Shown here: positions 25,506-38,195 of the stretch, one piece after another
Position numbering within the stretch: the first letter of the stretch is position 1
How the letters are laid out: the number at the start of each line of letters is the position of its first letter
From: Octopus vulgaris
Lineage: Eukaryota
Length of the DNA stretch: 64,000 nt
Direction: 5' to 3'
Assembly (NCBI GenBank): GCA_951406725.2
Contig: OX597816.1
Location: 110,236,001 to 110,300,000, forward strand
Notes under the pieces: model-generated
What the model saw: only the letters and a program-made list of their open reading frames with translations
What the model was told of the DNA's origin: nothing
Database searches by the model: none
Position numbers and translations under genes: made by a program

Positions 25506-27044
25506 TAACATTATGATATCCAAGATGCAAACAAAAGAATTCCTGATGATTCCGTCATGTGATAATAAATTTGTTTTATAGAGGTGGAAGAAGGTTTACT
25601 TGGGAAAATACATTCTTTAAAAAATTATATTATATTCGCTATTGATATTCCTGCAGCAGTGCACTGAAGTGATCAAATTCTTTCTCTGGAAAATAATACG
25701 TTTCTGCAGAGCAATAAATCATATTACATAGGTCAGAACATAATATTTTGCCATGGAAAAGAGAAATAGAATCAACTTTGGCCAGAAGCAATTAGATGTT
25801 AGCAGATAAATAGAAAGAACCTGTATTTTGACATCATATAACGTAAAGCCTCAAAAGCTTTAGTTTGAATCATACAAGTGTAACATGCGATTTGACAAAA
25901 GTATACATCACAAATATACTCTTTTCATTGAAGGAAAAAGAAGAGATGGAGATAAAGTGACTGAGTGGCTGAACTTCACTTGTTATAGGTTTATACTACT
26001 ATGTGTTGTGATACACAGTATTAATAAATATGCAGATTGTATATGTAAAAGAAAGTCGATTAAAATGAATACCATTCCATGTTCGATACTTCTATTTTCA
26101 GCAGTGCCTTGACGCTGTGCTGAAATTTTTGCTTGAAATTTGGTAGTCAGAAATGTCACAGGAGCCACGCACCCAGCTAAACTGCTTACAATGTAGTATT
26201 ATTATTTCGTTTAAGTATTGTGCAAACCAGTTTAACAACACAAACTGTTAATATGCTCTTTTAGCGCCTTCCACTACTTAACCAGATTTCAGACCAAATA
26301 TTTCGGTTCGAGATATATTTCAAAATTTCCTCCAGCAGTCCTGTACACCTAGATCAATGTTGCGAATGTTACAAGTACACCATATGTCTCAGTTTTGAAT
26401 GCTGAATATTAATATTCAAGCAGACATCACTATTTGCACAATGAATTCTATAATGATATTCTAACAAATGTTAAACAGCGCAACCTGCATAGACTGAATA
26501 CCGGGAAAGGCTCTGTTGGTCTGTATAGGGAAGATGCATTTAATATTTTTTATATAAATATGCATACTATATTTAGTTGGTTTTTTATTGGTCACAATAA
26601 AACAAGTTGCCCATCAGATTCCACTTAACTTATTTCTAAGATAATCATTCCCTCTAAATTTGCATGCAAAATGGTTTCCCCACCTTTCGAATAATGGAAA
26701 CAAATAGTCCTTATAAACGTAAATTAAGAAACATTAAATAAGAGTAAAAGAGTTAAAATAATATAAGCCTATACACATAATTTAAAAATGATTCAGAATG
26801 GCATTCGTGAAATGTGTCCATTTTGTTTCTTTCAAACGAAGTGATATGTAGCAACGCAAAGGCAGAAGCAGTACATATGACCACAGTTATAGTGAGATGA
26901 TATTTTAATATCATAGAAATACCCTCATGAGTAGAAGATCTCATACAATAAAACAGCAAATTATCATGTGCGGTAATAAGAGAAATTATGCTTTGACTAA
27001 TTTTGATTAACTGTATTCTGATGAGTTGCAAGTTCTACATCAGC

Positions 27045-27360
27045 TATTAGGTTGTTCGGAAAGTTCTGAGCGTTTATTTCAGTATGCAAAATGGGTTATA
27101 ATTCATGAACCGTACTTTTAGAAACTTCCAACTCCTGGGCAAGTTCTCTAGTCGTGATATTTGGGTTTTTATTCGATTTTTGCCTTTATAATATCTTCAT
27201 CCAACAATATTGAATGTCTTCCACTGCGACTGTCATATTACAAGCTTAACTCTCCAGCTTTAAGCTTTGCAAACCACCTTCGAGCAGTTCGTTCACCTAC
27301 AGCATTATCACCATAAACTTTGCTTGTTCCAAAATTAGTGGCTCTGTGTCGCTTATTTTT
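27045..27360 (-). mobile_element. Mariner remnant (HTH region and one TIR)
   Basis: TA-ttaggttg terminus; minus strand KVYGDNAVGERTARRWFAKL, RSGR and ITTRELAQELEVS. Confidence 0.8.
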
Positions 27361-27739
27361 CTATATTTTTCGAGCTAGGACGAACGACTGCCATGTCTAG
27401 CAGATAGATCTCTACTACTGACGAAGGGAAATACACTGGAACCAGACAATTATACTTGTCCTGCTACTGCTAGATGGTAGGGTTTCTCTCCTCTGCTCGC
27501 AATTTGTTAGACACAGGTTGTATCGTTAACCAAGTGGAGGAGATGACCTCCTGGGATAAAAAAAATAATTGGTAGTTACGCGATTTCGTACGGAAGAGCC
27601 ATGTCGAAGTGGCAAGAAATATTACGTTTATATATGTTATATTATATTATATTATATTATGAGCAAGAATCAAAAACCAAGGCAGAACGAGTATCTCAAG
27701 TAATTTAGGATACTTAAATTAGTGTAAGGTGTATTTGAA

Positions 27740-27816
27740 GTGCTGCAGCTCTTTCTGGGATAACCCCAGTGGTTGATTAGCATGTTCACACACTGGATAT
27801 TCCATCATCAGAGACA
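27740..27816 (-). ncRNA. Decayed hammerhead motif (long stem II class)
   Basis: Minus: CTGATGA tggaatatccagtg...cactggggttatccca GAAA gagctgc a; stem III is 2 changes from ACAGCTGT and stem I is poor. Confidence 0.5.
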
Positions 27817-27911
27817 AAGTATAAATATTTTAGGCAGTTTATAAGGAATAATATAGAAGAATAAAGGAATAACTCTAATACGATCAATAAAACCAGCACA
27901 ACAACCCTCCC

Positions 27912-27951
27912 ACTCCTCCTCCTCCTCCTCCTCCTCCTCCTCCTCCTCCTC

Positions 27952-28011
<60 letters not shown>
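27912..28011. repeat. (CTC)n(CTA)n microsatellite
   Basis: Direct reading. Confidence 0.95.
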
Positions 28012-28012
<1 letters not shown>

Positions 28013-29220
28013 GAGTTAAATTTTCCAGTTTGCTGCAGAAATTGTCTTCAATTTTCATTGATGGTTTGTGGGCCAGGTTACTTTTACTGGGCTGGTATGA
28101 TCGCATTGTAATCTCCAATTTGCAAGAAGCTTCGCTTCTCTAAATTTCTTGTCAGGAACCCTATCTTGAAGGGACTATTCAGTGTTGTCCAAAATATTAA
28201 CGGATACCAGCCGCCCTGTTCCGTTTTTGTGGCTGCTAAAAGAATCCCATTCTAGCTGCTATTTTATGTGGGTTTTGTTTATTTCTTGGTTACTTACTTG
28301 AGAGGCAGATGTTCCAGTGGCCTTCCTTGTGACACCATCTGCATGTAGGGTTCGCTGCTGGGCGTCGAATTTCTTACGGATGGATGTCTCCACTGCACTA
28401 AATGCATGCTGATTTTGCGACTGCAAAAAGGGGTGATTGATCGCTACCAGCTGAGTCTTGTCATCGGTGGCTAATGTCCTCATCAGCCATCTCCATAGTT
28501 TCAGCAAGCTTTAAAGCGTCTCTAAGCTATCGTCTGATGACTCGAGTATTCTTTGCCTAATTTATTGTGAGTCAAGCCCCGCCACAAATGCATCATTTAG
28601 AATTTTCTCGTTAACGGTCTGCGGTTAGGGCTCGAATTTTACACTCCTTCACCAGTGCAGAGAGGTTGACGTAAATTCCTTTGTAGATTCGTTTTCCTTT
28701 TGTTTGCGAGTTTGTAGTGTATGATGCGTCATTATGGCTGAACCTTTCTTGATAGATTTGGATTCTATTGCTACCTCTAATATTTCTGATTCTTCGACAA
28801 TGGGGTAGGCTTTTGCTCCGCAGAGGATTACGTGTACTTTCAGTGTAATTCCTCTGGAATTTTTGTTGTTGCTATGTAGATTTGTAGCACTCATTTCCAG
28901 TAAATGTAATCTTGCTCAGTTGGGTCCTCTGGTGGAGTACACGCGAACACTTTGGCATCTATGTAAACAAGGTTTGAATAAAATTGTGGTAACCCTTTCA
29001 AAAGAAGGCTTTCATTCAATCTTTGTTCAACTCGCTGTATGATCTGTTAAACATGGCTGCCCAACAATTAAGATGTGTTGTTTTATATGAGGTAAAGACA
29101 GCCTCCATCCATCAACCGCACTCGACAGTGCGCCTCGTTTTCCTACTCGGTACAAATTAGGATTTCTACATTTTTATCTGCTATTTACTATTGTAGAAAG
29201 TGATTATGAAAGAATATTAC

Positions 29221-29940
29221 ACAGGGATGGACCGTGAAAAATTCACTAAATCATTAATTTTAGCTGCCAAGAAATTTTATTGAAATCAATGTGTTCGTAT
29301 TGAAATAGCATTTGTTGAAATCAAGTTTGCAAAACAGCATCCATCATGTGGTATCCGTTTTTATTGATGTATTTCTGAAGGTGTTCTAGGAAATTGACGT
29401 CAACTCTCTCCAGCAATGCTCTGTGCATAGTCCCATGATTCCAACTGTTGCCCAACGACCACTTTGTACGGGCGGAAATGCAGGTCTTCATGCAAAATAT
29501 GCCAAATCGATATATTAACGATGCCAAATTGAATAGAATGCCTACGAGCAGAGTGATTTGGATTCCGTATCAAAGCTTCTCTGAGGCGATAAACATTTTC
29601 GGACGTCCATACAGTCCGTTGCACCTATTCATTAGAGTACCTAGTGGACGAAGTGCATTCACCTAATTTATAATATGTAAGATTCTGTTACTGGTGGGAA
29701 CAGCCTAATTTCGCTGAAAGTTGAAGAGGTACCGAAGCTCACGCTGCACTGCTGTGATAGATTTGTTATTCTTCACGTAACATTTCTAAACAAACACACG
29801 ATCTAGTATTTCCACAGTCGCTTCACCTGAATGGAAAAATATTCTAAGACACAATGGAAGGAATGGTACGTGTCGCACACATTTCTGGTGCTCAGTAATA
29901 CCTATTTCAAAAATATCTTTCCTCCGTACTCCACTTTGTA
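29221..29940 (-). mobile_element. Internally deleted Tc1/mariner-superfamily element
   Basis: N-terminal RTVWTSENVYRLREALIRNPNHSARRHS..ILHEDLHFRPYKV runs almost directly into C-terminal RVDVNFLEHLQKYINKNGYH; degenerate termini caggg.. / ..ctttgTA. Confidence 0.8.
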
Positions 29941-29948
29941 GTTTCTAA

Positions 29949-30004
<56 letters not shown>

Positions 30005-30028
30005 GCATACAAATAAGAAGGTGGTGTT

Positions 30029-30504
30029 TCTTTCCGAACGCGGAAATACTGAGTAAATTACCCTTACAAAGTAGAAAAATTGGTCAGCAAGCAGCTATGG
30101 GACTCGAATCCCTATCCCTCAAACACTGTGCTTTACCATTAAGCTAAACTGCCCACTGAGAAATTCACCGCTGAATTAAGACGTTAAATACTTTAGTTTT
30201 ATGGAATACCTATGTGTGTATAAATGTAAACAAATAAATGCATGTTCTGTTATTGTACTTTTATTGGAAGCGTCGGAAATGGATATTCAACGATACAAAA
30301 AACGATATTTTTCCGAACACAGAGTTGCCGTTAGAACAGCAGAAATATTTGGTAAATTACCCTTACAAGGCGGAAAAATTTGTCAACAATCAGCGATGGG
30401 ACTCCAACCCATATCTCTCAGACACTCCGGCTCAGTGCAAGTAAGGGTAATTTAGCCAGTATTTCTGGTGTTGTAACGGCAACACTGCGTTCGTAAAAAA
30501 TATC
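30029..30504. mobile_element. MITE-like element with tRNA-like modules
   Basis: Inverted repeats 30304-30366 / 30441-30504; upstream related unit 30029-30155 with minus-strand box A-like tagcttaatgg and box B-like gattcgagtcc. Confidence 0.7.
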
Positions 30505-30587
30505 ATATGTGTACAATAGAATACACGTTTTCTGTGCTTCTAAAAATATAATGTTTAGTTTGATTACATTTACACACATACACACAC

Positions 30588-30620
<33 letters not shown>

Positions 30621-30621
30621 T

Positions 30622-31572
30622 TGTTGAAAAATATCGTTATAGGTATAAATATACCATAAACAAGTATAAAAATGTTGAATGAAAATTAGATTTAATACAA
30701 AATTGGATTCAATACATACGCACGTTTCAAAAGATAATATGGACAAGTATGACAAATTATAATAAGAGTAATTATAATTAAATTTATGCATTGTTATTCT
30801 CATCAGCGTGAGGAAGTTTTGGAAGGACATCAAACATCAAATAGGGTTATAGGGAAAAATCGGATATTTACAAACAAGTTGTGCAAATGAAGAAACTAAA
30901 AGTAATAATAACAGTGAGAGAGACAAATGAGAAAAAAGACAGACATATCAAATCTATATGTGCAGTGAACTATAACAAAACGAAAAAAAAATCTAACGGA
31001 TGTATTTAGAGAAATAGTAACAGGTCGAGACGAAGTAAAACGTAGACAAGGCCACGGGTGCATAGAAGAATATCACGCAGCAGGTACACTAGCAGACAAA
31101 AGCCCTAGAGAGTTATACGTAAATATATTAATATTGAAAAATGAAAACATATATATTGTAAGAGACGAAAGGTGATAGGGAAGACTATGTTTGAAAAAGG
31201 TACAATATTTAAGTAAAAATGTACATACAAGCACAAAAAAATCAAAGAGAACTTAACAAAGAATAAGCAGTGATCATAGACAGGACCGATCGGTGTATTC
31301 AAGAGAGTTATTTTACTCAATAACTATCCTGGGGTAGGGGAGACAATCAGAAAAAATAGGAACGAATATACGAAGGAGAATATTATAAATTTCAAGTGAT
31401 AGAAAGAACATATAGTACTTAAGACATAAGGCTATACGGTCGTACATATATGCATACATATACTCATACACAACACACATACAAACGTGCGTACACTCAC
31501 ACATACACATACAAAAGTGCAAGTGTAAGGGAAGATACAAGTAAAATAAAGGAAAACGTATTCACATAAGAC

Positions 31573-31611
<39 letters not shown>

Positions 31612-31660
31612 AATATATATGTATATATGTATATATACATGTATATGCATATATATGTAA

Positions 31661-31697
<37 letters not shown>

Positions 31698-31699
31698 CA

Positions 31700-31748
<49 letters not shown>

Positions 31749-31915
31749 TTATATATTATGCCATTTTTCTGACATATTTGTATTGTCTTTTGAAACGTGC
31801 GTATGTATTGAATCCAGTTTTGTATTAAATCTAATTTTCATTCAACATTTTTTCTCCTCCATATTTTTATACTTGTTTATGGTATATTTATACCCATAGC
31901 GATATTTTTTCCAAC
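30622..31915. mobile_element. Element with ~120 bp inverted terminal repeats, TA-associated
   Basis: 30622-30740 is the reverse complement of ~31780-31915, apart from one ~14-nt indel. Confidence 0.8.
30711..30810 (-). ncRNA. Candidate type I hammerhead with long stem II
   Basis: Minus: cacg CTGATGA gaataa...ttatctttt GAAA CGTGCGT A tgt; near-palindromic stem III, GUA triplet, only 3-bp stem I. Confidence 0.5.
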
Positions 31916-32056
31916 TATTTTCCAACTATTTTCATATTCTTATTATTTGCTCTGGCTGTGATTTTTATGAATATGATGAATCTTTATTAGGAATCACTTT
32001 TTGTCTCTTTTGGGATCTCTCAAAAAGTTTGAATTGTTCTTTTTGAATTTATATTT

Positions 32057-32121
<65 letters not shown>

Positions 32122-32237
32122 GAGGGCATTATTATACATAGATGCCACAGGCTAAGAGGGACAAAAAGTCATTTCTACCAAATATTTTACTAATCCCACC
32201 GAATGCAATCTTTCAAAGCAAGACATTTAAAAAATAT

Positions 32238-32286
32238 AGACTTGTATCACCTGTGATTTCGTACTTATGTACTCTTCAGCAAGCCT
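32238..32286 (-). ncRNA. Canonical type I hammerhead ribozyme (copy 1)
   Basis: Minus: aggcttg CTGAAGA gtac-ataa-gtac GAAA tcac-ag-gtgaT A caagtct; 7-bp stem I, 4-bp stem II, 5-bp stem III, AUA triplet. Confidence 0.92.
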
Positions 32287-32694
32287 GGACGTATCATACA
32301 TAAACGACCCTGTCTCGTCGAAGCCAAGCAGCTAACTGTTCAACTTCAACGAAGCACATGGAGAGTTTACATATATTACATTCGGTAAATGGCAGGCTTC
32401 TTCGAATTGCATTTCGGGTAGGAAAAGTTTTTTTCGGAATAAAATTATTTAGCAATTAAGGACAACTTCTTAATAAGGAATCTTAATAAGAAATTATCAG
32501 GTAGATAGCGTGAAAAACCTCATAAGAAAAAAATTTCGAAAATAATTCTTTCTTATTGAACATATTAATTTATATAGAGAGGGCATTATTATACATAGAT
32601 GCCACAGGCTAAGAGGGACAAAAAGTCATTTCTACCAAAAATTTTACTAATCCCACCGAATGCAATCTTTCAAAGCAAGACATTAAAAAAATAT

Positions 32695-32743
32695 AGACTT
32701 GTATCACCTGTGATTTCGTACTTATGTACTCTTCAGCAAGCCT
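32695..32743 (-). ncRNA. Canonical type I hammerhead ribozyme (copy 2)
   Basis: Identical to copy 1, 457 nt away. Confidence 0.92.
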
Positions 32744-35389
32744 GGACGTATCATACATAAACGACCCTGTCTCGTCGATATATGTATATATATATAAAGA
32801 AAAGAAGCATTGGCAGCAAAAATCTCGTACAAGTAAAAAGCATTGAACTTTTACTTGAAAGCATTTAAGACGTTTATACTTCCATGAAGTATAAACTCAA
32901 TAGACAAAGGAAAATCTGTTTTTAGCTAGTTTAAGAATAAGTAACAAAAAAGCTTCATTCTCTTATAAAGCGGTTGCAATATTCTCAAAAGAACTGGGCT
33001 TCAAACAAAGAATACAAACACCATATGAACAAAAATAATCAAACAGAAAGCAAAATGAAGATAACATGTTTTTGAAACTACGAGTGGTTAAAAATGTTCC
33101 TTCCAAAATCCATATAACTATCTTCTATGAATACATGCATGCAAAAGTTTTGTGAGTATATAATTTAGTACTGAAGGCGAATATGTTCAATTTACTTAAG
33201 TGTATTGAAATTCATAACAAAATATAATTGAAATAAAGAAAAATACGCATATTACGAAATATATTGGTATTCTAAAAGAATATTTAAAAAGATATTGAAC
33301 CGAAATATTTAAAAACAAATTCCTTTCTATAATTTCTGTAATAATAAACACAAATTAAAACTTGTTCAAGGATATAATCATGAAGGAACACAGAAGAGTT
33401 AGGAGTTTAGGAATTTAATAATTCCTCTCTGAATATGTTTCTAGACTCTTTCTTTTTCGACAATCATTCACCTTGCTTGTAATTATTATCTATGCGTAGA
33501 TTCAAGTTGTGTTAATTTCTTTTTGAATCTAGTTAAAGAAATTTGGTGATACGGCACTTTGCAAGACACAATAAGAGATTAATATACGATGTTATTTGTA
33601 GTTTAACAAAATTAATAGATCATCGAGGAAAATGCTTTGAGGTATTTGATTAGGCTATTTATATTAGAGATCAAATCCCCCTACTGTCGGCTTGCCATTT
33701 CTGCTTTCCATAATCGATGAAATAAACGGTCAAATCTTGAGTTCGATACTATTGACGATCTCCTTCCCTAAGTTTCAGACTTCATTCTTAATTTAGAAAG
33801 CAATATGATAATCAGAATCAATGATACAGAACCTGTATATTTCATACGTAGATAAACGTATAGTATCCGTAAGATTATAGCAAATAATCAAACTTACATG
33901 GCCTCCACAGAAAAAGACATGGAAATTAACTCTAAGCATTCGTGTTAAGAATTAAATATGCAAAATGGTATGTTATTTATGGCAGTATTAAATATAAAGA
34001 AATATTCCCAAAATAGACATCAATATACAAAATAACATTCATCTCAGGTGAATGTAAAGAACATGGCTAGAGAAGAAACATGTTCATTGTTTGTGAATTA
34101 TAAACAAAACATATCTTGATTTATTAAGCAACACCAGAACAATCCAATCAATAAGACTTGTAGAGGAGTGGACAACATAGCCATTGGCACAAAAGCTACC
34201 ACAGTAGTGCATTTCATTCTATATCTGTGCAATTAGCAATTCGTTGATGACTGATATCAATGGCAATAACATAAGCTCGCAAGCAAAAACAAAAAGCTTT
34301 CTTAAATGAAGCAATAAGAACTAAATTTTAATATTGTACTGTGATAAATTTAGCAGAGCAATATGCTGTGTAATGCCTAATAGTCCAATAAGTATAGAAT
34401 AAAGATATGTTCAGCTCAGTTTAAATGATATGCATACATGCATACATATTAACACAATTCATGTTACGCAACCTGAAATTCATATTGCGCTATCTGAAGA
34501 TTCCTCGGCTACTGCAAAAATTAAACACCCGGAGATTTATATAAACACAAACATTCGTATAGAACGCATGTGGATGGCCAATATAAGCATGCTGTTAGAG
34601 ATATATGAGTATCGTTTGTTTCTGTTATTTACCTAAACGTAATAGTACAAATATGTACCAGTAATATATTGTTTCTCAGTCCGTTTACTATAGACTCTAT
34701 GCTACACACTGAGCAACTCATCACACACAAATATACAGAAACACACACACAATAACCAAACAGTATCGCCTGCACGTATACACTTACACAAAAGTAAAGA
34801 CAACTGGGAAAAGAATTATTTATTACGTCAGTTTACGAAGCCAGAAAATAGGCATCTCTCACTTATTTCACAGTTGCATGCTTGGTGTTAGATAAAGCAA
34901 CTGGGTGGAAAATACGTTCCCCAATAACACATCTAAATATGTTAAGGCTTGAATTTACAGACTTGTTCAATGGTGCATGAAAAGACGCAATAAATGTGAA
35001 AATGAATGAAAATGCAAAAGAGAAATATGCGTAGAAAGGATAAATAATATTTTCACAGGAAACAGGAAAATCATCATGAACTTCATCATTATCATCGGCG
35101 TCATAGTTGCGATTTTCATTGTTATCATCCTCATCATTTTTATTGGATTTTCTCTATAATTCCCTCTGTTGACTGAGGATAACAACAGCATCTCTCCCCG
35201 GTTATCGGTAACACGTCAAATCAACCATCATGAATATAAAAAATCTATATCTCATTGACATCTAAACTTTACCAAAACCAAAAAAAAAATAAAGGAATAC
35301 AATATAAATAAGACCATTAACTTTGCTAGTGCTGATGCAGCCACTAACTTACGCATTACTATTAGCTCTACTACTAATAATGTTGATAT

Positions 35390-35390
<1 letters not shown>

Positions 35391-35420
<30 letters not shown>

Positions 35421-35460
35421 AAGAAGAAGAAGAAGAAGAAGAAGAAGAAGAAGAAGAAGA
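35391..35460. repeat. (AAG)n microsatellite
   Basis: Direct reading. Confidence 0.95.
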
Positions 35461-37299
35461 AAAGCAATAAAGCACACCCAACAAAAGTAAAGAAAAATAG
35501 GAGTAAGAATAGTGTTAAGGGAAATTCAACAAATGCATCAGACGTACATTGTAGCAAGGTAAAGCACAACATGTCTAGTATAAACGGAATAAGTGGACCG
35601 AAAACAACGATTAGTAATAGCTAACTTGTACGAACCATTATCAGGAATATAAATGGATGAAAAAATACAAATGAAATGAGGACAGGAGGAAATTGAATGA
35701 AACCAGATGTTACCACATTACTAGTATGCAAAATAAATTATCTGTTAGGCTTCTGTTGGGAAGAGATGAATAGTTACTTTAATCCTTTCAGAAAACCCCA
35801 CTACAAACTAAATTGCTTTTTATGACTGGGTTTGTTGCTACTATGCAGATATGAAAACCAAATACTTGTCTGAAAAAGAATGTATTGCAAACATCTATCC
35901 CACAGGCAAAATTATACTTGGAACTAAATAAAGTCTTGGCAATTTGAAGTGATGCCAATCATTACATTGTGCAATACAGACAAATGGAAGTGAGTTTAAT
36001 ACAATGGCTACAGTGTCGGAAATGTAGTCAGCGTTGTTTATTTTGTATCTATATGCTCTGATTTCAAATCATGCGCACGTTAACTATGCATATCTTCTCG
36101 AAACAAGAACATCATCATGAAATTCATGCATTTCCTCTTTTCTAGGTTGATACGGTAAAATACCTTTCAATAGTCAAAATTGTGGACGAAAATTCTTCTC
36201 ATGACAATCGTTCTTGTAATTAAATAAACATCATAATATCCTGTAAACATCTTGATGAGTTGAACAATTTAGGGTTTCTCTAAGCAAACACATATCTCGT
36301 AAAAGAGCAGTAGATGATCACTAATGTTTCCCTGAGAAGAAAATGACTCACTAGAAATTATGGTCTTGGGGACATAATTTCCAGAAAAGTGTTGATAGCA
36401 ATTTCTTTTGATAATACATTTGCTCAGTCACTGTTCACACAAAATGAGAGAGAATTAGATAGCAGCGCGGTTAATCAATACCACGCACATCTTCAGATAC
36501 GGCAGATGTAGAAATAAACATGGCAAATGCATTCTGTTATTTCAGGTGAAATATTGCCACAGTGAAAAACAAAAAAACAAATTCAGGTGGTATATACCAA
36601 GAGGCATTTCCATTAGCTCCAAAAGTACTGAGTTGGTTGTACGGTTGGGATGTCAAGTAGTTTTCTTCTCACACAACGCACAAAAGCAGTAGTCCATGAG
36701 ATTTATATATTGTGAATTTGCACAACATATAGTTTAGTGTAAATATTGCCTAACATAGTGTTCAGAGTGTTCGGGTTCAATTTGACTATTTTATTCTAAT
36801 TTTGTCTAGAACCGTTTGGAATAGTCAATAGTATTGAAGAGCTTAACGATTGAATTTGTTGTTAAAAAAATTATTAGCTGACAAGATATATTGGGAACAT
36901 TCTGGACATTGAAAGATAGTTACTTGTATCATGATGTTTCGGGCCGGATATCAAACTGCCATTATAATTATATCTGCCCAATTGTTCTGTAGACATTGAA
37001 AAGGTGGCAAAACGTAACAGGGAGACCTCCAATGGTGACTACAAAACCCTGGCCAACAACTGCAACACACTGGGATCGAAAATGAATGTTGTCCTTTTTT
37101 TGAATTCGTACAACAGTGTATAAATTTGTTGATGTTGCTTTATCTGAACATCGTGTTTGCAACTTGTTTTTATTCGAGGTGTCAAATGGATGGTATGAGA
37201 CACAGACTACTTGTGTATATACTGGTTGTAATATAGAAGCCCAGTTTGACTCGCCAATATACATGAGTAAATGGTAATTTTACACTGAGATATAAATAT

Positions 37300-37570
37300 C
37301 TCAGTGTCTCTTTCATTGGACCAAGGAGATGGATGTCTGAGAGTGCTAAGCCGGGTGAGTAGGGAAGATGCGATAGAGTTGTCCACCTGAAAGAGATGTT
37401 TGCCTCCCCTGTTGTGAAGCTTGACTGGGGCCAGACATTTTCATGTTGAAAAAAAAGTTATTCATCCCATATTTGCTCTTATTCGATGGATCCTTCCTCT
37501 TAGTCTTTTAAGGTCTCAACGTATGCTTTAGATTTTACTGTTTTCTTGTCCTAATAAGAAATCGACAAGA
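37300..37570 (-). mobile_element. Mariner transposase catalytic-domain remnant
   Basis: Minus: FQHENVWPQ (cf. HDNARPH) and LSHLPYSPGLALSDIHLLGPMKETLR (cf. HPPYSPDLAPSDYHLF). Confidence 0.8.
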
Positions 37571-38047
37571 ATTAAACTTTTATCAAATAAAACTGTGATT
37601 AAAGTAGAAACCGAAATATATATCTGTTTGATCCTAGAAAATGGTTTCTATCTCAGAATATCATGCACATTCAAAACCATTTTATAGTTAGAATAAATAA
37701 TGCCTTGAATTTTCTACATTATATCTGATACGTTATAAATATTGGTATATTTGGCTAAGATCTTGGGGAATTAAATTTCAGTTGTTAATCTATATCTATT
37801 AGTATTTTTTCCAATATTTTCTATCCTGTACTAATTATGTTTCTGCTAAAGGTATTGACTTCTGAAAGATTTGGATTGTATTCTCTATTATTTCTTATCG
37901 TTTATATTCTTTTGCTAAATTCGTCTGCATTCCTTTTCCCTTTATAGGTGTGTGTCTAAGTACACAAATAATTATTACATTTTCATTGATCGGCTCCAAA
38001 CATTTTCTTGCTTTTTAAAAGACCCTTCTCAATATTAATCAACAATT

Positions 38048-38195
38048 GGCGGCGAGTTGGCAGAATCGTTCAAATTCTGCGGAGGTTGACTTCGCCTTGT
38101 GTCAATAAAATAAATACTATTTCAGTACTTGGATCGATGTAATTGACTTACCTCTGTCCAAAAATTGCTGACCTTGTGCCAAAATTTGAGATCTG
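38048..38195 (+). mobile_element. SINE, internally deleted
   Basis: ggcggcgagttggcagaatcgtt..caaattctgcggaggttgacttcgcc..aaaattgctgaccttgtgccaaaatttga. Confidence 0.7.

Larger units (their letters stand above)
32121..32778 (-). mobile_element. Retrozyme-like element: two 201-bp direct repeats, 457-bp period, in (TA)n
   Basis: 32121-32321 and 32578-32778 differ at 2 positions by eye; each holds an HHR; no ORF; TA tracts on both flanks. Confidence 0.9.

Noticed and set aside
28259-28894. Minus-strand ORFs possibly from a retroelement ORF1
   Set aside because: No diagnostic motif recognised.
36968-37264. ORF starting MYIGES (GIY-YIG-like)
   Set aside because: No upstream GIY motif or downstream conserved residues.
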